From: Candidatus Hermodarchaeota archaeon | GTDB taxonomy: Archaea; Asgardarchaeota; Lokiarchaeia; Sigyniarchaeales; SOKP01 | DNA length: 64,000 nt | Direction of reading: 5' to 3' | Assembly: GCA_048885925.1 (NCBI GenBank) | Contig: JBHLLG010000010.1 | Location: forward strand, 831 to 64,830 | Shown here: positions 19,392 through 29,047 of the stretch, in pieces | Position numbering within the stretch: the first letter of the stretch is position 1 | Layout of the letters: every line of letters starts with the position of its first letter | Program-made: the position numbers and the translations under genes | Notes under the pieces: generated by a model | The model's database searches: none | What the model was told of the DNA's origin: nothing | Seen by the model: the letters and a program-made list of their open reading frames with translations, nothing else

Positions 19392-21545
19392 TTAATTATA
19401 ATCCATAACAAAATGAACTTGATTTTCTAGCTTTTTTAAATATCCTAAGAAGCATGCTTGATTGAAGTGAACATTGAATTTATGTTCCATTATATCCTCC
19501 TCACGTGCAAGTTCTTGAAACTTATTAAAATCTATCTTACCGTTCAAACCATAGGTTTTAACGATATTAATCAAAATTTTTAAATTTTTGTTTAAATACC
19601 TCTTTTTTTTTTTAGAATTTTTCTTTCTAGTGCTTTTTAATTTAATAATTTTTTTCCTAAGGATACTCTCATCAAATTTCAGTAAATCAGATAAAAATGT
19701 TATACCATAGTCTTTAAAGTCTTTGTATTCTTTGCTATTACAGAACTCATCTAATTTAGTAATAATATCTTCTATCGTACGATTTGCGAAGCACATTTGT
19801 TCTATATCTTTCTTTTCTTTATAATTTTTGATATAGTCTAATTCTGAATATTGCTTTCCGTGAAGGGAAAATTCAATTTTTTTACGTTCTAAGTCATTGA
19901 TTAGATTTAAATGGTTCGTATCGGACAAAACTGTTTCCATGGAGCGCTCTTTCCTTCGAGCAACATAATAATAAGGAATGTCAATTGTTTCTTCAGTAAC
20001 AAGTATATAACACCTTCCTGGAGCAGATCTACCGGTTCTTCCACGTCTTTGAATTAGTCTAATTTCTGAAGGTACCGGTTCGAAAAATATAATAGCATCT
20101 ACATTAGGAATATCTAAACCTTCTTCAGCAACACTCGTAGCAATTAAAATATCTATAAGTCCTTGTCGAAATTCTTCTAAAATTTCTATCTGTAAATGTT
20201 GGGGAAATCCATTATCGTCCTTTTTCGTTGCTTGCCCTATGAATTTTTCAATTTTTAGTCTTTCTTTAAATTCAAGCTGTAATGAATTTTTAAGAAATTC
20301 AGCCATCTCTCGATATTGTGTAAAAACTAGAATTTTTTTATTATTAAATTCCTCAATCTCTTCTTTTATTATAGAAATTATTTTTTTTAATTTTGGATGA
20401 GACAAAATATTCTGTTCTTTATTTTGAATTGTCGTATTTATATAATAATAATTCTCAGAATTAATAATTCTTTTAGCAGATAATATATCTTTATTAGCTT
20501 TATATTTTATTTTATCCAAAAACGATTTAAAAAGAGAAATGTCTTGAGTTTCCAATAAATCTTTTGCATGAAGTATAGATATACAACTTGAACAATAAGA
20601 ATATACAGAAGGTATATCAATTTGATTCTCTTTCACAACATCTATAATTCTGGGTGATTTAAAATATAAACACTCATAGAACTCATCTTCTGATAAATTT
20701 AATTCATCTCCATTTTCATAATATAATGATAAAGTGAGGTCGCGTGACATCCCCAAAAAATCCAGTTTTGAATAATATGGTTTATTTGGAGGCAAAAGAT
20801 TACATTTTACAAACCATCTTAAATACTTTTCAAATAAATTATACCAAACAGCACTTAATTCCCTTAATCTAACAGGTAAATCTATTAAATGAATGTATGT
20901 ATCAATATCATGAATGTAATTTTTTACATCTTTATCTTGGCAATTTTTAAAGATAATATTTTCAATATATAAATTATCACATATTTGTTGAATACGTTCA
21001 TAATCCTTTCCTGGTGAGGCAGTTAATCCTAATATTAGTGGATCAGTGCACGTATTAACATATTCCTCTGATATAAAAGTATAGGCATAATTACCTTTAG
21101 TCTTATGAGCTTCATCGAAAATGATCAAAGCTATTTGCTTCAGATCGTATCTGTCCCTCATTAAATCATTTTTAATTACTTGAGGTGTAGAAATTATAAT
21201 CTTCGAGTTTTGAAATAGTTGAATTCTTTTCTCTGGAGAAATTTTTCCTGTAAATATAGTGATTTCTTCTGAATTAATGTCCAACAATTTTATACATGAA
21301 TGTTTATGTTGTGAGACTAAAGGACGTGTAGGAGCGAGAATGATGATTTTAGCCTTTGGATATTTTATTAAACAATTCGATATTAATAAAATACCTATTA
21401 TTGTTTTTCCTAAACCCGTTGGTAAAACAACTAATGAATTTTTATTTTTACAGCTAGACACAATGTTTTTTTGATAATCCCTATAATGAATTTGATTTTT
21501 TTTTAAGAAAGGACCATTTATGTATTGTTCATGCTCTGTTTGCAT
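19392..21545 (-). CDS. Hef/FANCM/Mph1-family SF2 helicase (no ERCC4 nuclease domain evident)
   Basis: Motif I VLPTGLGKT, Ia LAPTRPLVSQH, II FDEAHKTKGNYAY, III LTASPG, V ATSVAEEGLDIPNVD, VI EIRLIQRRGRTGR. This closely follows the archaeal Hef helicase pattern. The C-terminal ~180 aa are basic and lack the GDxnERKxxxD nuclease signature. Confidence 0.85.
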   Translation of the reverse strand: MQTEHEQYINGPFLKKNQIHYRDYQKNIVSSCKNKNSLVVLPTGLGKTIIGILLISNCLIKYPKAKIIILAPTRPLVSQHKHSCIKLLDINSEEITIFTGKISPEKRIQLFQNSKIIISTPQVIKNDLMRDRYDLKQIALIIFDEAHKTKGNYAYTFISEEYVNTCTDPLILGLTASPGKDYERIQQICDNLYIENIIFKNCQDKDVKNYIHDIDTYIHLIDLPVRLRELSAVWYNLFEKYLRWFVKCNLLPPNKPYYSKLDFLGMSRDLTLSLYYENGDELNLSEDEFYECLYFKSPRIIDVVKENQIDIPSVYSYCSSCISILHAKDLLETQDISLFKSFLDKIKYKANKDILSAKRIINSENYYYINTTIQNKEQNILSHPKLKKIISIIKEEIEEFNNKKILVFTQYREMAEFLKNSLQLEFKERLKIEKFIGQATKKDDNGFPQHLQIEILEEFRQGLIDILIATSVAEEGLDIPNVDAIIFFEPVPSEIRLIQRRGRTGRSAPGRCYILVTEETIDIPYYYVARRKERSMETVLSDTNHLNLINDLERKKIEFSLHGKQYSELDYIKNYKEKKDIEQMCFANRTIEDIITKLDEFCNSKEYKDFKDYGITFLSDLLKFDESILRKKIIKLKSTRKKNSKKKKRYLNKNLKILINIVKTYGLNGKIDFNKFQELAREEDIMEHKFNVHFNQACFLGYLKKLENQVHFVMDYN

Positions 21546-21701
21546 ATTATGAATAACTGCAAATTTATTATTTTTAAAAATAACATCGCTGTGAGATTTT
21601 TATAATATTAAATTATCTCATAACTAATAGAAGTTATTTATTAATTCAGAAATAAGTTAATAAATTCCAAGATAAATGAAGATATTTTGTTCTTAATAAA
21701 A

Positions 21702-22706
21702 TTAAACCGGGAAAAATAATATCTCTTTTTTTGTATCTTTCCGATTGATTAAATTCTTTTCTTCCAGCATTTTTAAAGTCAGGACAACCCACCCTCGAGC
21801 GACTTGATGCAAAAATCTACTATCATTAGGATAAATTGCTTTAATTATATTTTTGGGAGATATTCCATTTTCTTTACATTCACGAATGATATTTAGTATT
21901 TGCTTTTCCCGCTCTTTTCTATGGACTAAGATCTCATCAATTCTTTCCATTGGATTTTCAATAGGACTTCCATGGGCAGAGAAAATCAATTTAAGTTTCG
22001 GCAATTTCTGAATTTCCTCAATAGATTTTACATATGCATTAATATTAGAATTTGGAGGACCGAGCCAAGTTGTTATTGATCTCAAGATATTATCTCCAGA
22101 AAACAAAATGCCCTTCTCCTCATTATAAAGAGAAATATGATCTACAGCATGTCCAGGTGATGGAAAAATTTTCCAATTCTCACCATTGATTATGATCTCT
22201 GTGTTTTCTTCAAGAATTTCGTCAGGATTGTCTATATAACAAGCTCCATATATACGTTGGTAAAATAACCTTGAACCGATATTTCTTAAAAAATTAATTA
22301 GTTTACGAGATTTTTTTTTTCTGATTCTCAAATAGTCTTCATAAGCATCAGTTTCAAAACTTTTAATGAAGCTTTTCTTATTCTTTATAATTTCTGCGCT
22401 TTTTTTTGTTATCATTACCTTTATTCCTAAAACATCTCGTATTCGTTTTAAACCACTGAAGTGATCGGGATGGCAATGAGAAACAAGGATTCGAGTGATC
22501 TTAAAATCTTTATTTTGTTCCTTGAAATAGTTCTTAATTCTATTCACTTCTTTTATTAAATGTTTTACAGCTCTCTTGGTTCCATATCCTGCATCATAGA
22601 TTATTGCATCAGCACCAGCTAGGACATATATATTTTCAGGTGGCTTTATTGTACCAAAAGCACCTTTTTCCTTGATCAAAAAGATTCCCGGGTAAACTTC
22701 CTTCAC
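21702..22706 (-). CDS. MBL-fold metallo-hydrolase
   Basis: HxHxDH motif as VSHCHPDHFSG, then PSPGHAVDHISL and FSAHG. Confidence 0.85.
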   Translation of the reverse strand: MKEVYPGIFLIKEKGAFGTIKPPENIYVLAGADAIIYDAGYGTKRAVKHLIKEVNRIKNYFKEQNKDFKITRILVSHCHPDHFSGLKRIRDVLGIKVMITKKSAEIIKNKKSFIKSFETDAYEDYLRIRKKKSRKLINFLRNIGSRLFYQRIYGACYIDNPDEILEENTEIIINGENWKIFPSPGHAVDHISLYNEEKGILFSGDNILRSITTWLGPPNSNINAYVKSIEEIQKLPKLKLIFSAHGSPIENPMERIDEILVHRKEREKQILNIIRECKENGISPKNIIKAIYPNDSRFLHQVARGWVVLTLKMLEEKNLINRKDTKKEILFFPV

Positions 22707-22897
22707 AATTCGTATAAATTTGCAAAATATTTATTGTTTGGTTTTATTTAGATTATGATCTAATTATGTTATGTTTTTTCTTTATTAATTTTAACATTAA
22801 ACAACAAAAAATGGATTCCATTTAAATTAAAGAATTACTTCATTTACTTTATATTTAACATTTGAATGAAATTCAACCAAATTGATTATGATTTAAA

Positions 22898-23335
22898 ATG
22901 TATTGTCCTAAATGTGGTTCAAAAGTAGCTGATGAGGCAAAATTTTGCACTTTTTGTGGAGAACCCATTGAAGGTGAACGTATTCCTGAAAGTCAACCTA
23001 TCCAACCAACCCCATCAACACCACCATCCTATCAGGATTCATTACCAACTCCAGTGAAAAAATCGACAACTAGTGGCGGTATTGCACTTGGTATTATAAT
23101 TGCCTTAATAGTGGGTGGGGTTTTAATATATTTTGGATTTAGATCACTAGTTGGAGGCTATGCCTATACCACGGGATTAACCATGTTAATTATTGGTATT
23201 ATTTTTATGAGTTTCATATGTTGTTTTTGTAGTGGTTGTAGTAGTGGAAGACGTCGCGGAGGTTATTACGGTGGTGGTTGTGACTGTAGCGGTTGCGATT
23301 GTGGTGATTGCGACTGCGGAGGGTGTGATTGTTAG
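22898..23335 (+). CDS. zinc-ribbon membrane protein with C-terminal (x-G-C-D-C)4 Cys/Asp repeat
   Basis: N-terminal MYCPKCGSKVADEAKFCTFCGEPI, a Pro-rich linker, two TM segments, then the tail CCFCSGCSSGRRRGGYYGGGCDCSGCDCGDCDCGGCDC. Confidence 0.65.
   Translation: MYCPKCGSKVADEAKFCTFCGEPIEGERIPESQPIQPTPSTPPSYQDSLPTPVKKSTTSGGIALGIIIALIVGGVLIYFGFRSLVGGYAYTTGLTMLIIGIIFMSFICCFCSGCSSGRRRGGYYGGGCDCSGCDCGDCDCGGCDC
23272..23332 (+). repeat. four tandem 15-nt units encoding xGCDC
   Basis: ggt tgt gac tgt agc / ggt tgc gat tgt ggt / gat tgc gac tgc gga / ggg tgt gat tgt. Confidence 0.7.
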
Positions 23336-23428
23336 AAAATATATTATTAATCCTCATTGTTTTTAATAAACCTTAAAGTAAGTTTATAATACTCCTAAAA
23401 TTCTCTTTTATAAAAATTAAATAAAAAG

Positions 23429-23902
23429 ATGCAGCAACAGGAACAAAATCGTCATAATAATAAAAAAAAAATAATTCATTGGTTGGCTCATCATAATCCA
23501 AACCGAGAAGATTTCAATAATCATGTAATTTATATTTTTAGCTATGCAATTTGTATAGGATGTTCTGCTTTTATTTTGGGTGCGGGTGTTGCTTTAATAA
23601 TTGGTAATATATTTTATGATTATATTAGTAATTTCATCAGCTTTCCTATTATTTTCTTAACTTTTTTAATTTGCTGGCTCCCCTCAATTTTCCAATATTC
23701 AATTCAAGCTATAAAAAGGAAACCACTTACCAATCGATTTTTAAAATTTCTTATTCGCTTTCTTTATCCATTAGGTAGTATCATACTCATATTTAATTCG
23801 CCACTATGGGGATTTATTATTGCAATTCCAGCAGGTTTATTAATAATAGTTATAAGAAAGATATTTTATAAAAAAAAGGAACTCAAGAGTAAAAAGATTT
23901 AG
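23429..23902 (+). CDS. polytopic membrane protein (DUF2085-like?)
   Basis: Four predicted TM helices. YAICIGCSAFILG resembles the CxxC-G motif of DUF2085 membrane proteins, but this is a weak assignment. Confidence 0.5.
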   Translation: MQQQEQNRHNNKKKIIHWLAHHNPNREDFNNHVIYIFSYAICIGCSAFILGAGVALIIGNIFYDYISNFISFPIIFLTFLICWLPSIFQYSIQAIKRKPLTNRFLKFLIRFLYPLGSIILIFNSPLWGFIIAIPAGLLIIVIRKIFYKKKELKSKKI

Positions 23903-24627
23903 CTTTTATTATGCTTTTTCAATTGTTTTTTTAACCTCTTGAGAAGTTCATCGGTAGTGAGAGTATTTGTAAAGAATAGTTCCATACCTCTTAGGGCAGC
24001 ATTATGTATAGTTGGAGACCATGCTGCACATGCATCATCAATCACATAAACGTTAAATCCTAAATCAAATGCGGTTCTTGCTGTATTTTCAACACATATA
24101 TTCGTAACTACTCCTACAATTATTACTGTATTAATTCCTAAATTTCTTAATTGATGCTCAAGATCTGTTGAACTAAATGTTCCATTAGTTGTTTTAAGTA
24201 TAACTATATCTTCTGTTTCTGGTTTTAATTCAGGGATAATTTCTGAAGTAATTTCTTGGATAGATGGGAATATGTATTTTCCAAACATATTTTCGAAGAT
24301 TTCATTATATGTACGCACATTATTTGCATAATCATTACGATCTTTTCTACGAGAAGCAAATCTGGTATAATATATAGGGATTTTATTTTCTCTAAAGAAT
24401 TTTAACAATAGCTTAATATTTGGAATCACTACTTCATCAACTTGTTTTATAAAATATTGAATTAAACCAGGAATTGATTTTTCAAAGGATTCTACCATAG
24501 CAGAGGTTCTCTTTACTTGATAATCTTGCATATCAATAATTAAAAGAGCGCTTTCACGAGGAATAATTGGCGGGGCAAATCCTCTTTTAAGTTTTAAATA
24601 TTGATCAATTTTTTCTTCTATATCCAA
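23899..24627 (-). CDS. isochorismatase-family cysteine hydrolase
   Basis: ALLIIDMQ (Asp) and VIIVGVVTNICVENTARTAFDLGFNVYVIDDACAA (catalytic Cys context). Confidence 0.85.
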   Translation of the reverse strand: MDIEEKIDQYLKLKRGFAPPIIPRESALLIIDMQDYQVKRTSAMVESFEKSIPGLIQYFIKQVDEVVIPNIKLLLKFFRENKIPIYYTRFASRRKDRNDYANNVRTYNEIFENMFGKYIFPSIQEITSEIIPELKPETEDIVILKTTNGTFSSTDLEHQLRNLGINTVIIVGVVTNICVENTARTAFDLGFNVYVIDDACAAWSPTIHNAALRGMELFFTNTLTTDELLKRLKKQLKKHNKS

Positions 24628-24946
24628 TTTATATCACATGTAATTTTTATAAATAATATTCATCGTAAAACAATTTAATAATTCTTATTATATCAAATTT
24701 CAATAGGATAAATTTTCAGAAAAAGTTGAGACACATTATACTAACTCAAAGCTGATTCTTTTAGTTATGAATAAAATGAAAAGTTAGAAAAGAAATATTT
24801 TTAAAGATTTTGTTAGAAATTTGATTAATTAGAAGAAGTTGTAAGATTATAAAATATGGCTTTTATAATAAAATTAAGAACTATCTTTTCTTTTAATAAC
24901 ATATTAGTTAACATTTAAATTTTATAATGGAAAGAGGATTATTGTC

Positions 24947-27925
24947 ATGGGTAAGGAACAGAAAAAATTGGCTAATATTTTTAGATTACTCAAAAAGATG
25001 ATTGAAGAAAATGAAGATTATAAAAGAGAAATCTATAATGAAGGCACAGGGATGAACTTTAATTCAAGAATTCTGTTTACAATTGAAGGAAATGAAACTG
25101 ATTATGTTGCCATTATTTTTAAGGATGGTAATATTGAGATTTTTGAAGAAAAGATTGAAGACCCATCAGTTAAATTCATATTCAAAACGGCCAGAGGTTT
25201 AGGAAAATTAAGCCGAGCATCTTCCCAAGAAATTGTCTATTCTCTTTTAAATAATAAAATCCAATATATTGGAAGCTTAAGTGATGTAACTAAATTTTTC
25301 TTTCTATTAAGTTATATACTCCTTAAACAAAAGGATGATTTTGATAAAAGGCAGGCTGAGAGAAAAAAACCAGAACTTTTACCGTTTGAGGATTTTACAG
25401 ATTGGGATAGCGCTACAAAACAAATGACACACAAATACTTAGGCTACAAGGTTGATAATGTAAAATATTTAGATGATCCCTATTTGAGCAAATACAACCT
25501 AAAAGACTTTAAGCGATTAAATTATCTGAAATATTGTCGTTTCAACACCCAAGTAGAAGTATGTCCTGAACGAGCTAAGCTTATCACAGAATTTGCTAGA
25601 AAAGAGGGTTACACACCTGAAGATGGCAATAAAGATCATCCCGAATTAAAAATGGGAAAAATAATTAATTATATTCTTTCCAATAAGGAAGCTTCCATCC
25701 AAGATTGGGATTATTTACCGGGTATTTCGACATCAAAACAGAGAGGAGCGTTAATTTACCCAGAATTTGGAGCAATAATTTTCTGGCCTGAACTATATTC
25801 AGCAGATTCCAGAGAACTTTATCCGCAATTAATTACACAAGAGACTATCGATATTCTTAATACAGAAGTCTTCCCATATTGGGCTGACCGTTGTTTAAGA
25901 GAATACACAAGGCAAATGACTGGAAATCAGCTTTCCCAACAATTAGACGAACTTTTTGTTTTTTATTTTATGTGGAAGACACAGGCTATTTCACACACAA
26001 TTCCTGGCTTTGAGACTTTCTTTAAAAGAGGTCTTGACGATCTTATTCAGGAAGCTAAGAAAAAAGAAGAAGAGATTAGCGAACAAGCTAAAAAGGATTT
26101 TTATAAAGGAATTCAATTAGCTTGTCAAGGTGTATTAACTTATGCTAAAAATTTAGCAAATGTAGTTGAACAAAAAGCAGCCGAAATAGTTGAAAGTAAT
26201 GCATCAGAGCAATCAATAAAAAGAAAAAGTGAATTAAAAAACATATCACACATTTTACATAATATTCCTGCGAAACCACCTGAAACACTTGAAGAGGCGA
26301 TAATTTCGCTTTGGATTATGTGGATAGCATTAACTATGGAAAACGCTCATATGGGATTATCGCTTGGTAGATTAGATAAGTTACTACAACCATTTTTCAT
26401 TTCAGATATGGAAAAAATCGAATCTGAAGAGGAGAAAGAAGAATATATAAAAAAAGCAGTTGAATTGATAGGGAGCTTTTTTCTACGGTGTTCAGACCAA
26501 GAACCCTTACTACCAGATATAGGAAATTATTTGTTTGGAGGTAGTGGTCAAGATTTTGCTATTACAGTTGGAGGTGTAGATTCAGAAGGAGCTTCGGCAG
26601 TTTGTGATATGACTTTCATCATTCTTAAGGCTGCAGAAATGCTCTCCATTCGTGATCCTAATCTAAACGCGAGATATTATCCTGGAATAAATTCAAAAGA
26701 ATATTTAGATAGATTATTAGAGGTGAATATAAATACACATGCTACTCCAAGTATTCACAATGATATCCAGATGATTAAAGCACTTACAAAAGTTGGATTT
26801 AAATTAGAAGATGCGAGAGGATGGGCTGCTACTGGATGTGTTGAACCGACTATATGTGGAAAACACTTCGGTCATACAAATAGTATGATGTTCAATGCTG
26901 TTGCTGCTATGGAAATGGCATTAAATAATGGATATCATCCTGTTGTAAGCATGAAGCGAAGAATTGGTCCTGAGACAGGAGATGTTGCTCAATTCCAAAA
27001 CTTTGATGCATTTTTAAATGCATATAAGGAGCAACTTCACTTTTTAGTTGAAAACAGTGTAGAATGTAATAATAATCTCGGTAAAGCGCACCAACTCTTA
27101 CATCCGTCACCTTTGCTAAGTTCTTTATTTGAGGGTCCTATGAAAAAGGGAAATGATTTAGTAAACGGTGGAGCAATTTATAATACTTCTGGAGTTGCTG
27201 TGATAGGCATCGCGGATATAATTGATTCTTTAAAAGTAGTTAAAACTCTTGTATACGATAAAAAAGAAATTGATTTTATAACTTTAAATGAGCATGTTAA
27301 AAATGATTTTTCTACTCCTGAAGGAGAATTATTGCTAAAAAGAATAAAATTAATCAAAAAATTTGGTACAGGTGATAAAGAAACGATCGAAATCGGTCAA
27401 AATGTAATAGATTTTCTTTACAATGACTTTTATTCACACAAGAATTATCGCGGGGGTCGTTATTTAACAGGATTTTGGAGTATGAGCAACCATGTGGCTT
27501 TTGGCACACTCTCAGGAGCTTTACCGAATGGTCGAAAAGCTAATAAACCGTTCACTCCCGGGTTAACCCCAACACCAGGAGGAAAAGATTTACTAATTCA
27601 AAATATACAATCTGTTGCAGCATTAGACACAGATAAAATGCCAAACAATCTAGCCTTTAATATTAAATTAATACCAAATGCAAATGATTTACATGAAGAA
27701 ACATTAAATCATTTTAATGGATATACCTCGAGTTATTTTGATTTAGGTGGAATGCAGATTCAATTTAATGTAGTGAGTACAGATACTTTAAAAGATGCTA
27801 TGGAACATCCCGAGAATTATGGTTGGTTAATTGTACGAATTTCAGGATATAATGCTTATTTCACGCAATTAAATAAGTACTTACAATTAGAGTTAATTGA
27901 ACGGCAAGAATTCGCAACTCATTAA
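24947..27925 (+). CDS. glycyl-radical enzyme (PFL2/glycerol-dehydratase-like eliminase class) with N-terminal SCP2-like extension
   Basis: Gly-radical fingerprint VRISGYNAYF near the C-terminus. Thiyl loop ATGCVEP, with Glu two residues after the Cys. The usual GRE N-terminus (CPERAKLITEF) begins only around residue 200. Residues ~35-130 show an SCP2-like pattern. Confidence 0.9.
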   Translation: MGKEQKKLANIFRLLKKMIEENEDYKREIYNEGTGMNFNSRILFTIEGNETDYVAIIFKDGNIEIFEEKIEDPSVKFIFKTARGLGKLSRASSQEIVYSLLNNKIQYIGSLSDVTKFFFLLSYILLKQKDDFDKRQAERKKPELLPFEDFTDWDSATKQMTHKYLGYKVDNVKYLDDPYLSKYNLKDFKRLNYLKYCRFNTQVEVCPERAKLITEFARKEGYTPEDGNKDHPELKMGKIINYILSNKEASIQDWDYLPGISTSKQRGALIYPEFGAIIFWPELYSADSRELYPQLITQETIDILNTEVFPYWADRCLREYTRQMTGNQLSQQLDELFVFYFMWKTQAISHTIPGFETFFKRGLDDLIQEAKKKEEEISEQAKKDFYKGIQLACQGVLTYAKNLANVVEQKAAEIVESNASEQSIKRKSELKNISHILHNIPAKPPETLEEAIISLWIMWIALTMENAHMGLSLGRLDKLLQPFFISDMEKIESEEEKEEYIKKAVELIGSFFLRCSDQEPLLPDIGNYLFGGSGQDFAITVGGVDSEGASAVCDMTFIILKAAEMLSIRDPNLNARYYPGINSKEYLDRLLEVNINTHATPSIHNDIQMIKALTKVGFKLEDARGWAATGCVEPTICGKHFGHTNSMMFNAVAAMEMALNNGYHPVVSMKRRIGPETGDVAQFQNFDAFLNAYKEQLHFLVENSVECNNNLGKAHQLLHPSPLLSSLFEGPMKKGNDLVNGGAIYNTSGVAVIGIADIIDSLKVVKTLVYDKKEIDFITLNEHVKNDFSTPEGELLLKRIKLIKKFGTGDKETIEIGQNVIDFLYNDFYSHKNYRGGRYLTGFWSMSNHVAFGTLSGALPNGRKANKPFTPGLTPTPGGKDLLIQNIQSVAALDTDKMPNNLAFNIKLIPNANDLHEETLNHFNGYTSSYFDLGGMQIQFNVVSTDTLKDAMEHPENYGWLIVRISGYNAYFTQLNKYLQLELIERQEFATH

Positions 27926-27959
27926 ATTTCCCTTTAAAATTAATATTACTCGAATTAAT

Positions 27960-28853
27960 ATGGAAACTTTAATTGTAAATGTTAAAAGAAATTCATTGGA
28001 TGATGGTCCTGGCATTCGAACTGTAATTTTCTTTAAAGGTTGTCCACTTTCTTGCATTTGGTGCCAAAACCCAGAAACTAAATCACCATCTCAAGAAATT
28101 TCATTTGATAAGGAAAATTGTATTGAATGTAAAAAATGTTTTGAAGTTTGTAGTAATAACGCAATTAGTTTCTTGTATAAATATCGTATAAATAGGAATA
28201 AATGTAATTTATGCGGTAATTGCATTGAAGTCTGTCAAAATGAGGCGCTAAAATTTGCTGGTAAAAAGTACGATATAGAAACACTCTATAAAAAAATAAT
28301 TCGAGATAAACCTTTTTATGATAATTCGGGAGGTGGTGTCACTTTTTCAGGAGGTGAGCCTACTTTTCACATAGAATACTTGAATAAACTATTAAAAAAA
28401 CTTAAGAAAGACAATATACATATTTGCCTTGAAACTTGCGGTTATTATAATCGTGAAAATTTCAATAACTTAATCTTACCTTATTTGGATTTAATATATT
28501 TTGATTTAAAGGTTTTCGATCCAAAGATACATATAAAATATTGTAGTGTTTCTAATGAGAGAATATTCCAAAATTTTGAAGAATTAATTAAAAAGAATCA
28601 AGTTGAGGTTTTACCACGAATTTCATTGATACCAAAAATTACAGCAACTAAAAACAACCTATTGAAATTAGCTAATTATTTAAAAGGCAAGAATATAAAG
28701 AAAATTAGTCTTTTACCTTACAATCCTTTATGGATTTCTAAATCTGAGACCATTGGAAAAAAGGCAAAATATACACGCTCAAATTGGCTCAATCAAAAAG
28801 AAAAGATAGTTGTTAAGAAAATTTTTTCTAATTTTAAATTTCGAGAATTCTGA
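27960..28853 (+). CDS. glycyl-radical enzyme activating protein (radical SAM)
   Basis: GPGIRTVIFFKGCPLSCIWCQNPE (CxxxCxxC), two ferredoxin-type clusters (CIECKKCFEVC, CNLCGNCIEVC) and GGVTFSGGEP. The track start at TTG 27897 overlaps the GRE; the ATG at 27960 (METLIVNVKR) is preferred. Confidence 0.9.
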   Translation: METLIVNVKRNSLDDGPGIRTVIFFKGCPLSCIWCQNPETKSPSQEISFDKENCIECKKCFEVCSNNAISFLYKYRINRNKCNLCGNCIEVCQNEALKFAGKKYDIETLYKKIIRDKPFYDNSGGGVTFSGGEPTFHIEYLNKLLKKLKKDNIHICLETCGYYNRENFNNLILPYLDLIYFDLKVFDPKIHIKYCSVSNERIFQNFEELIKKNQVEVLPRISLIPKITATKNNLLKLANYLKGKNIKKISLLPYNPLWISKSETIGKKAKYTRSNWLNQKEKIVVKKIFSNFKFREF

Positions 28854-29004
28854 ATTCCAGTTTGAAAAATCACATATAAAGTAGAACTATGAGTGTGTCT
28901 TACACTTGAATTCATTGATTTTGCTTTCACATTATATGCTAATAGCATTCTATTAATAAAAAAAGTAATCTGTCTATGATTCTAATATAATAAAGAGTGG
29001 AAAT
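28818..29004. repeat. direct repeat copy 1 (last 11 codons of the activase gene plus downstream intergenic region)
   Basis: Aligns by eye at roughly 85% identity with 29784..29994. Example blocks: aaaattttttct..aaatttcgagaattct, tatgagtgtgtcttaca and ttctaatataataaagagtggaaat. Confidence 0.8.
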
Positions 29005-29047
29005 TCAAAATGGAATTAACAAAAAAAAAAATTGAATGGTAGTTAAT

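Noticed and set aside
23899-23902. Convergent genes 23429-23902 (+) and 23899-24627 (-) overlap by 4 nt at their stop codons (TTAG).
   Set aside because: The overlap is real in the sequence but is a common consequence of compact genomes. It has no evident regulatory meaning beyond the lack of an intergenic terminator.
24947-27925. Interpretation of the SCP2-fused GRE as an alkyl/benzylsuccinate synthase (anaerobic hydrocarbon activation).
   Set aside because: The thiyl loop is GCVEP, with the Glu typical of eliminase/dehydratase-type GREs. No small accessory subunit genes (as in Ass/Bss systems) flank it. The hydrophobic-substrate idea is kept only as a hypothesis, not this specific chemistry.
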